From a bacterium (GTDB lineage Bacteria > Hinthialibacterota > Hinthialibacteria > Hinthialibacterales > Hinthialibacteraceae): DNA of 34,245 nt. Under the pieces are notes generated by a model. The model was not told where the DNA came from and searched no databases. It saw only the letters and a program-made list of their open reading frames with translations. Location of the stretch: NCBI GenBank assembly GCA_963663405.2, contig CAXXSM010000010.1, positions 1 to 34,245 of the forward strand, given 5' to 3'. Made by a program: the position numbers and the translations under genes. How positions within the stretch are numbered: the first letter of the stretch is position 1; each line of letters starts with the position of its first letter. Positions 17,639 through 28,639 of the stretch are shown in pieces.

Positions 17639-18820
17639 ATGCCTAGTTTGATGAATGGGAGAGGCATCTATTACTTAAAGACGATTGTGTTTTTTGGTAT
17701 GTTTTTATTCATGATTTCTGGTCTGGCGCTGGACGCCAGTGAATCTTCTACGGTTATCGTTCCCTTTGAACGGATCGTCGTTGATGAACAGGGGCCGCAA
17801 GATCCCTGGGCTAAAAAAATGGCGGATTTGGATGGAGATGGGAAGCAGGATGTGATTATCGGTGGCCGAAAAGGCCCGTTGGTGTGGTACCGTTACCCGG
17901 ATTGGCAAGAAAATTTAATCGTTAAAGGGGGGTATAACACAGTCGATGGAGACGCGGGAGATATCGATGGAGACGGGGATCTTGATTTTGTGATGGGCGG
18001 ATTATTCTGGTACGAGAATCCTGGCAAAAAGGCCAAAAGCGATTTAGAATGGGAAATTCATAAAATCGCGGCGCATCCCACACATGATGTGGAACTAGGG
18101 GACTTGGACAACGATGGTGATCTCGATATTGTTACGCGGGACCAGTCGGCGTTTGGCGCGCCAAAAGGGCGAACTGTTCACTTGTGGTATCAAGAAAGTC
18201 CTGACCAGTGGAATGAATTAGTACTCAACTGTCCCGATGGGGAGGGAATCGATCTGGCGGATATCGACCGGGATGGCGATGTAGATGTCGTTATCAATGG
18301 GATCTGGTTTGAAAATCCAGGTCGAAAGAACGCTGACGCATGGATCTCGCATTTTTATTCGGACTGGCATCCAAATTCGACTGTGGAATGCGCGGATATT
18401 AATGGGGACGGCCGGCTTGATGTTGTTCTTTCCCCTTCGGAACTTAAGCAGCAATATTACCGTCTCTCATGGTTTGAGTTACCCGAAAATGTGAAAGATG
18501 AACCTTGGATTGAACACACGATTGTGGAACCGATTGAATGTGTGATTCATGGATTGCAGCTCGCCGATGTGGATGGAGACGGTTCGATGGATGTCATCTA
18601 TTCGGAGATGCACCAGGGAGAAGATCCTGATGAGGTTGTGGTTCTATTCAATCACGCGAAAGGAGACGCGTGGCGCAAGCAGGTGATCTCAATGAAGGGT
18701 TCTCATTATATCCAAGCCGCTGATGTGAACGGCGATGGCGCCGTCGATCTGATGGGCGCCAATTGGAGTTCCGATTATCAGCCCATTGAATTGTGGATGA
18801 ACAAACGGCTTTCAAAATGA
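17639..18820 (+). CDS. Secreted FG-GAP/VCBS repeat beta-propeller protein
   Basis: Seven DxDxDGxxD-type Ca-binding repeats with W(Y/F)EN motifs; signal peptide; RBS AAGGAG. Confidence 0.9.
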   Translation: MPSLMNGRGIYYLKTIVFFGMFLFMISGLALDASESSTVIVPFERIVVDEQGPQDPWAKKMADLDGDGKQDVIIGGRKGPLVWYRYPDWQENLIVKGGYNTVDGDAGDIDGDGDLDFVMGGLFWYENPGKKAKSDLEWEIHKIAAHPTHDVELGDLDNDGDLDIVTRDQSAFGAPKGRTVHLWYQESPDQWNELVLNCPDGEGIDLADIDRDGDVDVVINGIWFENPGRKNADAWISHFYSDWHPNSTVECADINGDGRLDVVLSPSELKQQYYRLSWFELPENVKDEPWIEHTIVEPIECVIHGLQLADVDGDGSMDVIYSEMHQGEDPDEVVVLFNHAKGDAWRKQVISMKGSHYIQAADVNGDGAVDLMGANWSSDYQPIELWMNKRLSK

Positions 18821-18975
18821 GTCTCGTTTGGGGGGATCGTGAAAAGTAGCGCCAATCTTTTTAGTTCGTTTGTTCGATTTGTTTATTCCCCTTGTTTGAG
18901 CGAAGGAAAATAGGATTACTTGTGGCGTATGAGTATGTGATCGATCGATGGTTATAGGAGAGAAAGGGAATCATT

Positions 18976-20403
18976 ATGGAATCGAAATTCAATCGGAGAG
19001 AATTCTTGGGCAATAGCGCGATTGGGGCCGGGGCGGTTCTGATGAGCGCGAAAATGGGACAGGCCGCTGGAACAGAAGAATGGCCTCTTTCTATGCCGCC
19101 GGTGAAAATTCATCAAGTCTATATCGGCCGAACCGGTGGAATTTATCTGTCGCGTCCAACGGATGAAATCGAGAAATTCGAGAAGCATTTGGCCAACGTG
19201 GAGCGGAAATATGGGAACGTTCAGTTTACCGGGGGAGAATTAGTACCCCCGGAGGAAGTCTCAAATATCCTGCCCAAACTCAAATCCGCCGATGGAGTGT
19301 TGTTATTCCACCTTTCGGGGCATGGGGGCGGCGCGCCTGCGCAGGCGATGTCTCAGATTCTCGACGTGGGATTACCGACGGCGGTCTTTTCACAGCCGTT
19401 CAGCGGGCATGGGTGGATGTATTTCCCCCAGTGGCAGAAAGAAGGTAAGAAAGTTGTTCTCTTACCTACAAGTGACTGGAGTGAAATCGACAAAGTGGTT
19501 GGACTTTTCCGTGTGGCTCCGATGCTCCGGAAAACTCGTATATTGGTGATCCGGGGTCCGCTCGGAACGGACGCCGCCTGTTCGGCGGAACAAGTGAAGG
19601 AGAGATTAGGCGCTGAAATCGTACCGATTTCTGTTGACGAAACGCTGGAAGCGCACAATGCCGTAGACATTAAAGAGGCGGAGGAAGAAGCGGAAAAGTA
19701 TTGGATCAGCAAGGCTCAGAAGATTGTTGAACCCAGTCGGGATGAGATCATCAATTCGGCGCGGTTCTATCTGGCTGTCAAAAACTTAATGATTCGTGAA
19801 AAGGCCCAGGCGGTGACTAGTTCGAATTGCATGGGGGCGCCGGCGAAAGGCTGTCTGGCATTCAGCAAACTAAACGATCTCGGATTGGTTGGGGCGTGTG
19901 AAGGGGATATGGACTCGACGTTGACGATGTTGATGTTCAACTATGCGTTCGGAATTCCCGGATTTATTTCCGATCCAGTGTTTGACACGGCCCGCAACGC
20001 GTTGATCCATTTCCATTGTACATCGTCAACGAAGATGGATGGCCCTTCCAGTGAGCGGCTGCCCTTCACAATCCGTACGCAGAGTGACAGTGAGCGGGGG
20101 GTGGCTCTCGATGTGGAAAACCGTATTGGGCAGGAAGTGACCTGCGCCAAGTTTATTAATCTCGACACGATGCTGATTTCTACCGGTAAGATTTTTGATA
20201 TTACACATGACGAACTCGGTTGCCGCACTCAGTTCTGGACCGAAGTGGCCGACGCTCGCAGTATGTTCCACAATTGGGGCGCCGGGGTACTTAAAGGCGG
20301 GACAATGACATTGCTACACAGAGCTGTTTTCTATGGCAATCACATGCAGGATATCAAAAATCTGGGGATTTTGATGGGATTCAATGTTGTCGAGGAAGCA
20401 TAA
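18976..20403 (+). CDS. Tat-signal protein with an L-fucose/L-arabinose isomerase-like C-terminal domain
   Basis: FNRREFL signal; CLAFSKLND.G..GACEGD, FISDP, HCT, CRTQ and LHR..FYG motifs. Confidence 0.7.
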   Translation: MESKFNRREFLGNSAIGAGAVLMSAKMGQAAGTEEWPLSMPPVKIHQVYIGRTGGIYLSRPTDEIEKFEKHLANVERKYGNVQFTGGELVPPEEVSNILPKLKSADGVLLFHLSGHGGGAPAQAMSQILDVGLPTAVFSQPFSGHGWMYFPQWQKEGKKVVLLPTSDWSEIDKVVGLFRVAPMLRKTRILVIRGPLGTDAACSAEQVKERLGAEIVPISVDETLEAHNAVDIKEAEEEAEKYWISKAQKIVEPSRDEIINSARFYLAVKNLMIREKAQAVTSSNCMGAPAKGCLAFSKLNDLGLVGACEGDMDSTLTMLMFNYAFGIPGFISDPVFDTARNALIHFHCTSSTKMDGPSSERLPFTIRTQSDSERGVALDVENRIGQEVTCAKFINLDTMLISTGKIFDITHDELGCRTQFWTEVADARSMFHNWGAGVLKGGTMTLLHRAVFYGNHMQDIKNLGILMGFNVVEEA

Positions 20404-20778
20404 TATATTTTTTAAGATGTTGCTGAAATCGTCTTTCGATCAACTTTGATGATGGATCACATTTTTAGCGTTCTTTTCAATTCATGGCTTCTCAACTTTA
20501 GTCTTCCATTCTCCATTTTTTAAAGGGATTAAAAATTGGATTGTAAAATTCAGATAAATCCTGTATCCTCTATTTGACATAGTGGCGAAAAAAAGTCTTA
20601 CAAGATGAAATTCATACCTATCTTGTTGATGGGGAGTATCTCAACTCGTATCGATGGGTAAAAATTTTGTTTTCGACTTCTAGCCGTTTCGTCTTGATCC
20701 TCGCAGTGAATAGCTTGCTACACGATAAGATAGATTTGACTCCTCATCAAGTTAACGGATCTTCATCATCTGGTTTAA

Positions 20779-22047
20779 TTGAGGATGATTATGTGGAAAA
20801 AGAAAAAGAGAGAAATTCGTGGATTGGATAGAAACTATATTCAAACACTGATTAAAGAATTAAAGTTGGAAAATACGGAGGCGTTTTATTATTCTCTCGT
20901 TGAAAACATTCCGCAATATATTTTTTGTAAAGATCTGAATGGAAATTTCACTTTTGTGAACCAGCGGTTTTGTGATTTGTTGGAGAAGCCTTTGGATGAG
21001 ATTATCGGGAAAAATGATTTTGATTTTTTTCCTCCGGAATTAGCCCGGAAATACCGTGAAGACGACCATAAAGTTATCGAACACGATCAGGTTTTGGAAG
21101 ACATTGAAGAAAATAAAGTATCGCACAGGGAGACGCGGTATGTGCATGTGATGAAGACCCCGATTCACGACGCCGAAGGTAAAATCATAGGAATGCAAGG
21201 GATCTTTTGGGATATTACGGAACGGAAAAAAGCCGAGGAAGAACTGAAAAACGCGAACGAACATATGCGGAGGGATCTGATCGCCGCGTCAAAAGTACAG
21301 CGGGGATTTATTCCAGAGAATCCTCCTTTCATCCCTGGGTACCGTTTCGCCTGGTTGTTTGAGCCTTCCGAATATGTTGGTGGGGATCTTCTTAATATTA
21401 TCCGTCTGGATGAGCATCGTTGGGCGTTTTATATACTGGATGTCTCCGGTCACGGGGTTCCCGCTGCTCTGTTGTCTGTTTCTATCTCCCGTATGATTGA
21501 TCAGATTTCTCTCGATAGCAGCGTCGCTGGAGATTCAGATCATCCTCATTCGAATTCTTCCGAGTTCATCGATCTCAATCAATTGATTCACATGCTCAAC
21601 CGGCGGTTTCCAGGTGACAAGACAATGTTTTGTACGCTCGTGTTCGCTGTGCTTGATACGCGAGACGGCAGTGTGACTTGGGCGCGGGCCGGGCATGAGC
21701 CTCCCTTGTTGGTGAAAGGGAATGGTCTTGCGCCGAAATTTTTTCACGATCCTGGAGGCGTTTGTATTAGCAATATGCCTCTTGACGAACGGGATCGTAG
21801 TATAAAAAAGATCCATCTCGAATCCGGGGACCGGTTTATTTTGTTTTCGGATGGAATCACTGAAGCGATGAGAGATTTTCAAGAATTCGGTTACGAACGT
21901 CTGGTGGATATCATTTGCCAGACCGCTTCCCTTCCATTAGAGGAATCCCTTCGAATCCTCTATAAACGCGCATCCGAGTGGGCGGACAATAGACAGTTCT
22001 GTGATGATGTTACATTGTTGGTTCTGGAACGAACGGGTGTCCATTAA
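20779..22047 (+). CDS. PAS domain plus SpoIIE/PP2C phosphatase (RsbU/RsbP-like)
   Basis: PAS/PAC (KDLNGNFTFVNQ...WDITERK), coiled coil, VGGD, DVSGHGVPAA, AGHEPP, FSDGITE, DDVT. Start is uncertain (20779-20791). Confidence 0.9.
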   Translation: MRMIMWKKKKREIRGLDRNYIQTLIKELKLENTEAFYYSLVENIPQYIFCKDLNGNFTFVNQRFCDLLEKPLDEIIGKNDFDFFPPELARKYREDDHKVIEHDQVLEDIEENKVSHRETRYVHVMKTPIHDAEGKIIGMQGIFWDITERKKAEEELKNANEHMRRDLIAASKVQRGFIPENPPFIPGYRFAWLFEPSEYVGGDLLNIIRLDEHRWAFYILDVSGHGVPAALLSVSISRMIDQISLDSSVAGDSDHPHSNSSEFIDLNQLIHMLNRRFPGDKTMFCTLVFAVLDTRDGSVTWARAGHEPPLLVKGNGLAPKFFHDPGGVCISNMPLDERDRSIKKIHLESGDRFILFSDGITEAMRDFQEFGYERLVDIICQTASLPLEESLRILYKRASEWADNRQFCDDVTLLVLERTGVH

Positions 22048-22072
22048 TTCTGTTTAACCGCGTATAGGCTAC

Positions 22073-23506
22073 TTAGATAATTAGCGAACCTTCTTTCGTC
22101 ATTAGATTCCTGATGATTTGGGGATTGAGTTTTTGGATGGATTTGTTTTCATCCAGCGCCAACCATGCGGCGGTTCCGGCCGCTTCGCCGGTCTGATTCA
22201 TTGTTACCATAACACGGATGGCGGAGAAAGCGGCGGTATCGGCGTCAATCATTCGCCCGGCGGTGATCAGGTTTGTATAAGGCCCTTGTGGAATGAGTGA
22301 GCGGAATGGGATTTGATAAAACGTCGGGTTTTCATCGGTTTGCTCACGCCATTGTCCTTTCTGTGTAGAGTGTCCCGGACGAGAGTACACTTCGGTTCCA
22401 TCCAAATATCGGAAGGTGATTCCCGGCTTATTCTGATGGTGAATATCCACGCGGTAACTGCCATTGGCGATCGCGTCTTCGAACCGTTTCCCGTAGAGGA
22501 TATCATCACCGTTGATTTGATACTGGCTGTGGATATGCCGGGTTTCCCGGATGCCGATTTGTGAAGGGAGCGCTTGTAATGTGATCTCGTCCGCGTCCCC
22601 ATGTTGGCGGAGAATATCCATAATCGCCCGCACCTGCCTTCGGCCTTCGATTTCCGCATTGGTAAGATCTTCTGAATTGGCGCAGTTGACGTCATAAACG
22701 CGCGTGCCGGCGAGCATGTATACATTGGATTGAGGCACGTAGCTTCCCCAGATGAATCCTTCGGGAAGATTGTATTCCTTCCCTTGTTCAACAAGCAGTT
22801 TGTTTACGTTGCTATTCGACAAGGTGTTCCATGCGCCGATGCGCGCGCAGGTTGTGGGGGGCTGCAGGTTTTCCCGTGTATAGGTTCGCAGTCCGAGATG
22901 ATGGCATAGATCACCATCCCCTGTCGCGTCAATGAATTGTTTTGCGAGGATCGCGCCACGGCCGGATTTATTCTCGACAATAATCGCGGTTAAAACTCCA
23001 TCCTGTATGACGGGAGCGGAAAAGAAGGTGTGCAGGTATGGTTTGACGCCGGCTTCGGTAATCATCTCATCCAATTCGATTTTCAGTTCTTCCGAATTAA
23101 ATGAACATCCCCGGCTGGCGTTATTGTCCGCCATGATCACTGCGTTTCGTTTTTTAAGGCGTTCGATTGTTTCCAGTGTCAGACCGGCGATAATCTGTTT
23201 GTTGAATTCTGTGTTGTACAGACTATGCCAGACATTGACCATCGAGCAGGTGGCCACGCCACCGAAGCAGTTCTGTTTTTCCACGAGACATACTTTTGCG
23301 CCCAACCGGGCGGCGCGAATGGCGGCGAAAACGCCGGTGCAGCTACCCCCCAATACGCAGATGTCAGTTTGGCCGATGATAGGAATGTCTCTCGCCGGTT
23401 CGGTGATCGAGTTCTGCGCGGATTGGGCATTTACGGGAGCGTGATGAGTGGCGGTTAATACCGCGCCACTCAAAGTGGAAAGTTGAACGAATTGACGGCG
23501 TTTCAT
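22073..23506 (-). CDS. Tat-exported FAD-dependent oxidoreductase (FAD_oxidored-type)
   Basis: MKRRQFV signal; DICVLGGSCTGV.AA..AAR.G, FIDATGDGD, IRETR, YQIPFRSL and TGEAAGTA motifs. Confidence 0.88.
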   Translation of the reverse strand: MKRRQFVQLSTLSGAVLTATHHAPVNAQSAQNSITEPARDIPIIGQTDICVLGGSCTGVFAAIRAARLGAKVCLVEKQNCFGGVATCSMVNVWHSLYNTEFNKQIIAGLTLETIERLKKRNAVIMADNNASRGCSFNSEELKIELDEMITEAGVKPYLHTFFSAPVIQDGVLTAIIVENKSGRGAILAKQFIDATGDGDLCHHLGLRTYTRENLQPPTTCARIGAWNTLSNSNVNKLLVEQGKEYNLPEGFIWGSYVPQSNVYMLAGTRVYDVNCANSEDLTNAEIEGRRQVRAIMDILRQHGDADEITLQALPSQIGIRETRHIHSQYQINGDDILYGKRFEDAIANGSYRVDIHHQNKPGITFRYLDGTEVYSRPGHSTQKGQWREQTDENPTFYQIPFRSLIPQGPYTNLITAGRMIDADTAAFSAIRVMVTMNQTGEAAGTAAWLALDENKSIQKLNPQIIRNLMTKEGSLII

Positions 23507-23802
23507 AACGGATCTCCCTTGTTGATAATCACGATTCAATCGCTGTCCAATGTATCATTATTCTCCCCTTATCTGAATCCCTGCCTTTTTACTTTTCCCC
23601 TGTACATGTGTCAGGGTGTTGCGAATTGTGATCAGTCCGTCTGGCGCCATACGTCTTATTCCGGTGGAACTGAATGGAGACTCGGTGGATGGGATGGCTA
23701 GCCGGCGTATGTGGGTGATCTTAATCCACCCAGCGGCGCGGGTTTTGTTGGCGCCATGAATTCGGATTGAGCGGTGGGATCAGGGGAAATAAATGGTTTT
23801 GT

Positions 23803-25035
23803 TTAGAGCGTTATTTTTGTGCATTCTTTATCGAGTTTGGCGACGGTTTTGTTTCGGAAGGCTTGTATCGCTAAATGGCAGTGCGCGGCGGCTGTGTGGC
23901 CGACTTCGACGGGCGCGTTGGGATCCTTCCGGCTTTTAAGGCATTCGAGCCAATTGATGATATGCGGTTCAGTGGGGAGACCGTCTTCACTTTTATAAAT
24001 AGGCGTGCGATTTTCCAGGTCTCGCCACGGTTCTTTATAGATCCGGTAGCCTCTCTCGCCTTCCGCAAATATTGGTTCACCGATGACGAGTGTGCCTTTT
24101 GTGCCCTGGAAGGTGACTTTCCAGCCGTTGTCGAAACTGTTGTTATAAGACAAGATCCAGGACGCGGTAAATCCGTCATATTCGTAACTCGCGCTGAATA
24201 CATCCGGGCATTCGCCGCCCAGTATGTAAGAGCCACCCTGCATGACGGCGGATCGCGGCGTGCCTTTGCCCATGAACCATTGGATGAGATCCAGCAGATG
24301 AACGCCCTGTCCGGTGATCATGCCGCCGGAGTAGTCCCAATACCAGTTCCATTGCAGCGCCCGGCGTGGATCGAACGGGCGTTTGGGCGCGGGGCCGAGG
24401 AATAATTCCCAATTGAAATCCCCTTGCATTTTAACGTCTGGATTTAAGGGATTCACATGCCAATACCACTGCGCGCGCACCAGTGTCACATCTCCTAAAA
24501 CACCATCATCAATCAACTTCTTCGCTTCGATGCACATGGGCGCGCTGCGCCGTTGCATGCCGGTTTGCACGACGCGGTCACTGGAGCGTACGGCTTTGAT
24601 CACACGGACGCCTTCTTCTACGGAGTAGGTCATGGGTTTTTCGACATAGACGTCTTTTCCCGCCGCGACCGCGTCGATGACTTGTGTGCCGTGCAGGTGT
24701 TCGGGGGTCGCGATGTAGACAGCGTCGAGTTCTTTCATTTCCAGCAGGCGGCGGTGATCGATGAATTCCTTCGCGTTCGAACCCGCGATATCCATCCCTC
24801 GTTTCCGTTTCGGTTCATACGCGTCACAGACCGCGTCAAATTGAGTGTTTGGATCGATCTGCTGTGTCAGCACCATAAGCCGGCATCCCCGCCCACCGGA
24901 ACCGATCAATCCGAAATGGATTTTGTCATTGGCTCCTAAAACATTCCTATTTATTGTCGATACCGCCGCGAGCGCGGCTCCTGATTGGCCTGCTTTACTG
25001 AGAAACCGTCTGCGGTTGATTTGATTGGTTCCCAT
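23803..25035 (-). CDS. Tat-exported Gfo/Idh/MocA oxidoreductase
   Basis: INRRRFL signal; GLIGSGGRG, IATPEHLH, VYVEKP and GVHLLD motifs. Confidence 0.92.
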   Translation of the reverse strand: MGTNQINRRRFLSKAGQSGAALAAVSTINRNVLGANDKIHFGLIGSGGRGCRLMVLTQQIDPNTQFDAVCDAYEPKRKRGMDIAGSNAKEFIDHRRLLEMKELDAVYIATPEHLHGTQVIDAVAAGKDVYVEKPMTYSVEEGVRVIKAVRSSDRVVQTGMQRRSAPMCIEAKKLIDDGVLGDVTLVRAQWYWHVNPLNPDVKMQGDFNWELFLGPAPKRPFDPRRALQWNWYWDYSGGMITGQGVHLLDLIQWFMGKGTPRSAVMQGGSYILGGECPDVFSASYEYDGFTASWILSYNNSFDNGWKVTFQGTKGTLVIGEPIFAEGERGYRIYKEPWRDLENRTPIYKSEDGLPTEPHIINWLECLKSRKDPNAPVEVGHTAAAHCHLAIQAFRNKTVAKLDKECTKITL

Positions 25036-25136
25036 TGTCTTTGCGCCTCCTAAGTGGATTCGGTTTATAACCGAACCGTGTTTCAGCATGGTCCTATTCT
25101 GCGATTGGTTGATCGTATCATGGTTGCGCAGCTGTG

Positions 25137-26396
25137 TTAAGCCTCTACAGTCAACTCAGTTTTTTGGATGGCGTTGTAGCCTGATTTGTTGTATGGGCGC
25201 GGCATGGGCTGTGCAACTCCATTGGCGTCGATTGTACGGCAGCGGAGAGTGTACCGTCCTGGCTTTATGTTAGTCAGAGCGGCGGCCCAGTGGGCGGTTG
25301 TGTCTCGTAGAGGCCATTGATGCGGGGCGCCCGTTTCGGAATCGAATTGATGTGGTATCGAGGGCAGGCGATCTTCGGGCAGGTCTCCTCCCCAGTGGTC
25401 CGGCGGGGGCAGGATTTCGGCGTCTTTCCAATCCGCAGTTGTGAAATAGGGATCATTATCCGGTAAAGGTTGGTCATGTGGATGAAGCCAATACTGCGCT
25501 TTCTTTAGGCCGGACATTCCTACTTGCGCCAATCCGGTTATTGGTATGACTTGCCCCGCCTTGATTGTCTCCGGTGTGTAGATAAAACGCGCCCATGTTT
25601 TGAGATGGCTTTCGGTGTCATTATTCCACAGCGCGTAGGTATCGTTGATTTTATAATTGTTCGTCAAGACGATTCGCTGCAGCCATTTGACAGACTTATT
25701 CCCATACAAACCTGGAACCAGCATCCGTACTGGACCGCCGCGAATAGGGGAGAGCCAACGGCCGTTCAGTTTGTAGCAGAGGATCACGGGAAGTTCGCCT
25801 GGAGGATCCTCCAGCACTCGTCCGAGAGATAAGGAACTTTGGAAGCGTTGTTTGGGATCGTCGTTGTGATAGCCATAATAGAACACGCGGCGGATATTTT
25901 TCGTGGGACGAGTCATCCAAATGATTTCCCGGAGGGGAACGCCTTCCCACAATCCCATCCCGCAGGGAGCGTGGCCGTTTGTGCAGGACATTACATGCAG
26001 ATAACGTACGGTGTGTTTTTCCGCGAGAGTCATTAAGCCTTGCCAATCTAACGCTGTGCCCTTTTCGATTAGAAGTGGATTTTCTATTTGGGCGTCACTC
26101 TCTGGATCGGTGAATACTTCCAACCGCCATGTCTCAGGTATCAAACCAACAGCGCGGCGTTTTTCCAAAGGCGCTTTGTAGGGGGGGGGATTGCCCCTTC
26201 CGTAATTAATGAAATCTTCATCTTTGGTTAAATATTCAAGTTTTGATTTTAGCTCGTCTAGAGTTGGAATTAACGCCGATTCTGAAAACGCTGTAGAGGA
26301 AAGACTCGCGCCCGTTAAACCGGCTGCGGAAAGTTGGAGGAAAAAGCGGCGTGTCACCGCATAGTGTTGTTGAATGAATCGTTCTGAAATCCGCAT
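25137..26396 (-). CDS. Molybdopterin-dependent oxidoreductase, sulfite oxidase family, with a Tat-like signal
   Basis: VTRRFFL; Mo-ligand Cys in HVMSCTN; WEGVPL, GGPVRMLVPGLYGNKSVKWL and C-terminal R.ID..G..QP motifs. Confidence 0.85.
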   Translation of the reverse strand: MRISERFIQQHYAVTRRFFLQLSAAGLTGASLSSTAFSESALIPTLDELKSKLEYLTKDEDFINYGRGNPPPYKAPLEKRRAVGLIPETWRLEVFTDPESDAQIENPLLIEKGTALDWQGLMTLAEKHTVRYLHVMSCTNGHAPCGMGLWEGVPLREIIWMTRPTKNIRRVFYYGYHNDDPKQRFQSSLSLGRVLEDPPGELPVILCYKLNGRWLSPIRGGPVRMLVPGLYGNKSVKWLQRIVLTNNYKINDTYALWNNDTESHLKTWARFIYTPETIKAGQVIPITGLAQVGMSGLKKAQYWLHPHDQPLPDNDPYFTTADWKDAEILPPPDHWGGDLPEDRLPSIPHQFDSETGAPHQWPLRDTTAHWAAALTNIKPGRYTLRCRTIDANGVAQPMPRPYNKSGYNAIQKTELTVEA

Positions 26397-26547
26397 GGTT
26401 GTTCGACTCCAATCGAGATTAGCGTCCGAATTCGGAAACAGACTTTGCAATAGAATATCATCTTGTCCCTAAAATTGTGAGAGAAATCAAGGTTAAATAA
26501 ATCCTCAGATGTTCAATGATCCAAGAATCCAAAAGGAAAAAAGAAGA

Positions 26548-28639
26548 ATGTTACTAAAAGGTATTCGCTCTGTTTTATTGTTCGCTGTACTCTTGTTAGT
26601 CCTGCCGGATTTGTTTGGCGATGAAAATTCCGATCCGGTACGTCTCTATGTTTCTATTCAAGGAAACGACGCGTGGAGCGGCCGTCTGCCGGAACCGAAT
26701 CAAGCGAAGACGGATGGGCCGTTTGCGACATTGGGACGGGCGAGAGATACAATTCGATCGTGGAAAAAAGATGGCTCATTGCCCAGCCGGGGTGTTGAGG
26801 TTCTCGTTCGGGAAGGCGTTTATTCTTTAGAGCAGTCGTTTTCGTTAGGGGAGGAGGATTCCGGAACAGAAACCGCATCAATCATTTATATGGCGTATCC
26901 AGGGGATACGGTTCGCCTGTCCGGTGGAAAATCTATTACAGGATTTAAACCTGTTTCGGAACCTGAAGCCATAGATTTGTTGGATGAAGAGGCGGAAAAG
27001 AATATCGTGCAAGCCGATTTGAAATCACTCGGTGTGACGGATTATGGGTCGCCGGACAGTGGCGGCGCTGAAGTGTTTTTTAATGATAACCCTATGCGGA
27101 TATCACGCTGGCCGAATGAAGGATTCGTGAAAATCGCCGATATCGTTGTTAAAGATGGGCATCAGATTCATGGCAGAGAAGGGAGCCAGGTTGGAAAATT
27201 TAACTATGAAGGCGATCGTCCTGAACGGTGGGTGAACGAGAAAGATCCTTGGCTGCAGGGGTATTGGTTCTGGGATTGGTCCGATCAGAGTCAAAGGATC
27301 ACTTCGATCAATACGGGAAGCGCTGTCATTTCACTCGCGACGCCTTACCATCATTACGGCTACCGAAAAGGGCAGTGGTACTTTGCGTTTAATATGCTGG
27401 GAGAACTGGATTCGCCGGGAGAATGGTATATCGATCGTGAAAAGGGGATTCTTTATTTCTGGCCGCCGAAACCGGTTGAGACAGCGGAAACCATTGTTTC
27501 TGTCTTACCAAACCTTATTGTGATGAAGGATGTGTCGTTCGTTTCTTTCAAGAATTTTACATTCGAAGCGTGCCGGGAAACGGCGATACGCGTCACGGAC
27601 GGGGAGCGCGTCCAATTGGCCGATTGTGTGATCCGGAACACCGGTTCAAACGGGGCGGATCTATCCGGCGCAAGGCACAGTGTAGTAGGATGTGAAATCT
27701 ATAATACCGGCAGCGGTGGAATTGCTCTAAACGGTGGGGATCGCAAGACACTGACGCCAAGTGGCTTGCTTGCTGACAATAATCATATCCATCATTTCGG
27801 CCGTGTTAAACGTATGTACACCCCTGGCATTTCTCTCCACGGAGTCGGCGTCCATGTGGCTCATAACTTGATCCATAACGCGCCTCATATCGCGATCTCA
27901 TTTGGAGGAAACGAAAATTGTATTGAGTTTAATGAAATTCACCACGTCTGCATGGAATCAAACGACGCTGGAGCGATTTATACGGGCCGGAATTGGACGA
28001 TGCGCGGCAATGTGATCCGCTATAACTATCTCCATCACATCAATGGTTTTGAAAAAACGCGGCTGTGTCGGTGTGTATCTGGATGATATGTTCTCCTCCG
28101 CCTCTATTTTTGGTAATGTGTTCTACAAGGTTACCCGCGCGGCATTCATCGGCGGTGGGCGGGATTGCACGGTTGAGAATAACATATTCGTGGATTGTGA
28201 TCCTGCGCTGCATGTGGACGCGCGCGCGTTGAACTGGGCGGGATATCACGCGGATGATTGGATCAAGGAAGCGAAAGAGAAAGGCACTTTGCTGGGGATC
28301 GCGTACAATAAACCGCCGTATAGCGAACGTTACCCAAAGTTAGTGAATATTCTCGATGAAAATCCGAAAGCCCCGATAGGAAATGTCATTGCGCGCAATA
28401 TCTGTTGGGGCGGGAAATGGGATGGAATTGATGGCGCCGCTAGGCCGTTTTTAACTCTCACAGATAATCTGATTGATGTTGATCTACATTTCATTAATGT
28501 GGAAAAACTGGATTTTCGGTTGAAAGAGGACTCTCCGGCTTTCGAAATCGGATTCAAACCGATTCCAATTGATCAAATTGGATTGCGCAATAGAACTGAA
28601 TCTGTAAATGAAAAAAAAAAAGGGGGAAATCATGAATGA
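26548..28639 (+). CDS. Secreted right-handed parallel beta-helix (pectin-lyase fold) protein; one apparent +1 frameshift
   Basis: YVS..GND.WSG, GPFATL.RA, LD.PGEWY, DAGAIY and GVYLDD motifs; the A6 run at 28052-28057 restores the frame if read as A5. Confidence 0.85.

Noticed and set aside
20554-20566. 13-nt match (ATAAATCCTGTAT) to the reverse complement of 12677-12689
   Set aside because: Short and AT-rich with no extended similarity; could be chance.
23600-23790. Intergenic region with two TGGCGCCAT copies and a weak GGGTG...CACCC hairpin
   Set aside because: No recognisable riboswitch and no second copy in the window.
26305-26316. TGAS, a match to the flavinylation motif, in the Mo enzyme
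   Set aside because: It lies within the predicted signal peptide and lacks FMN_bind domain context.
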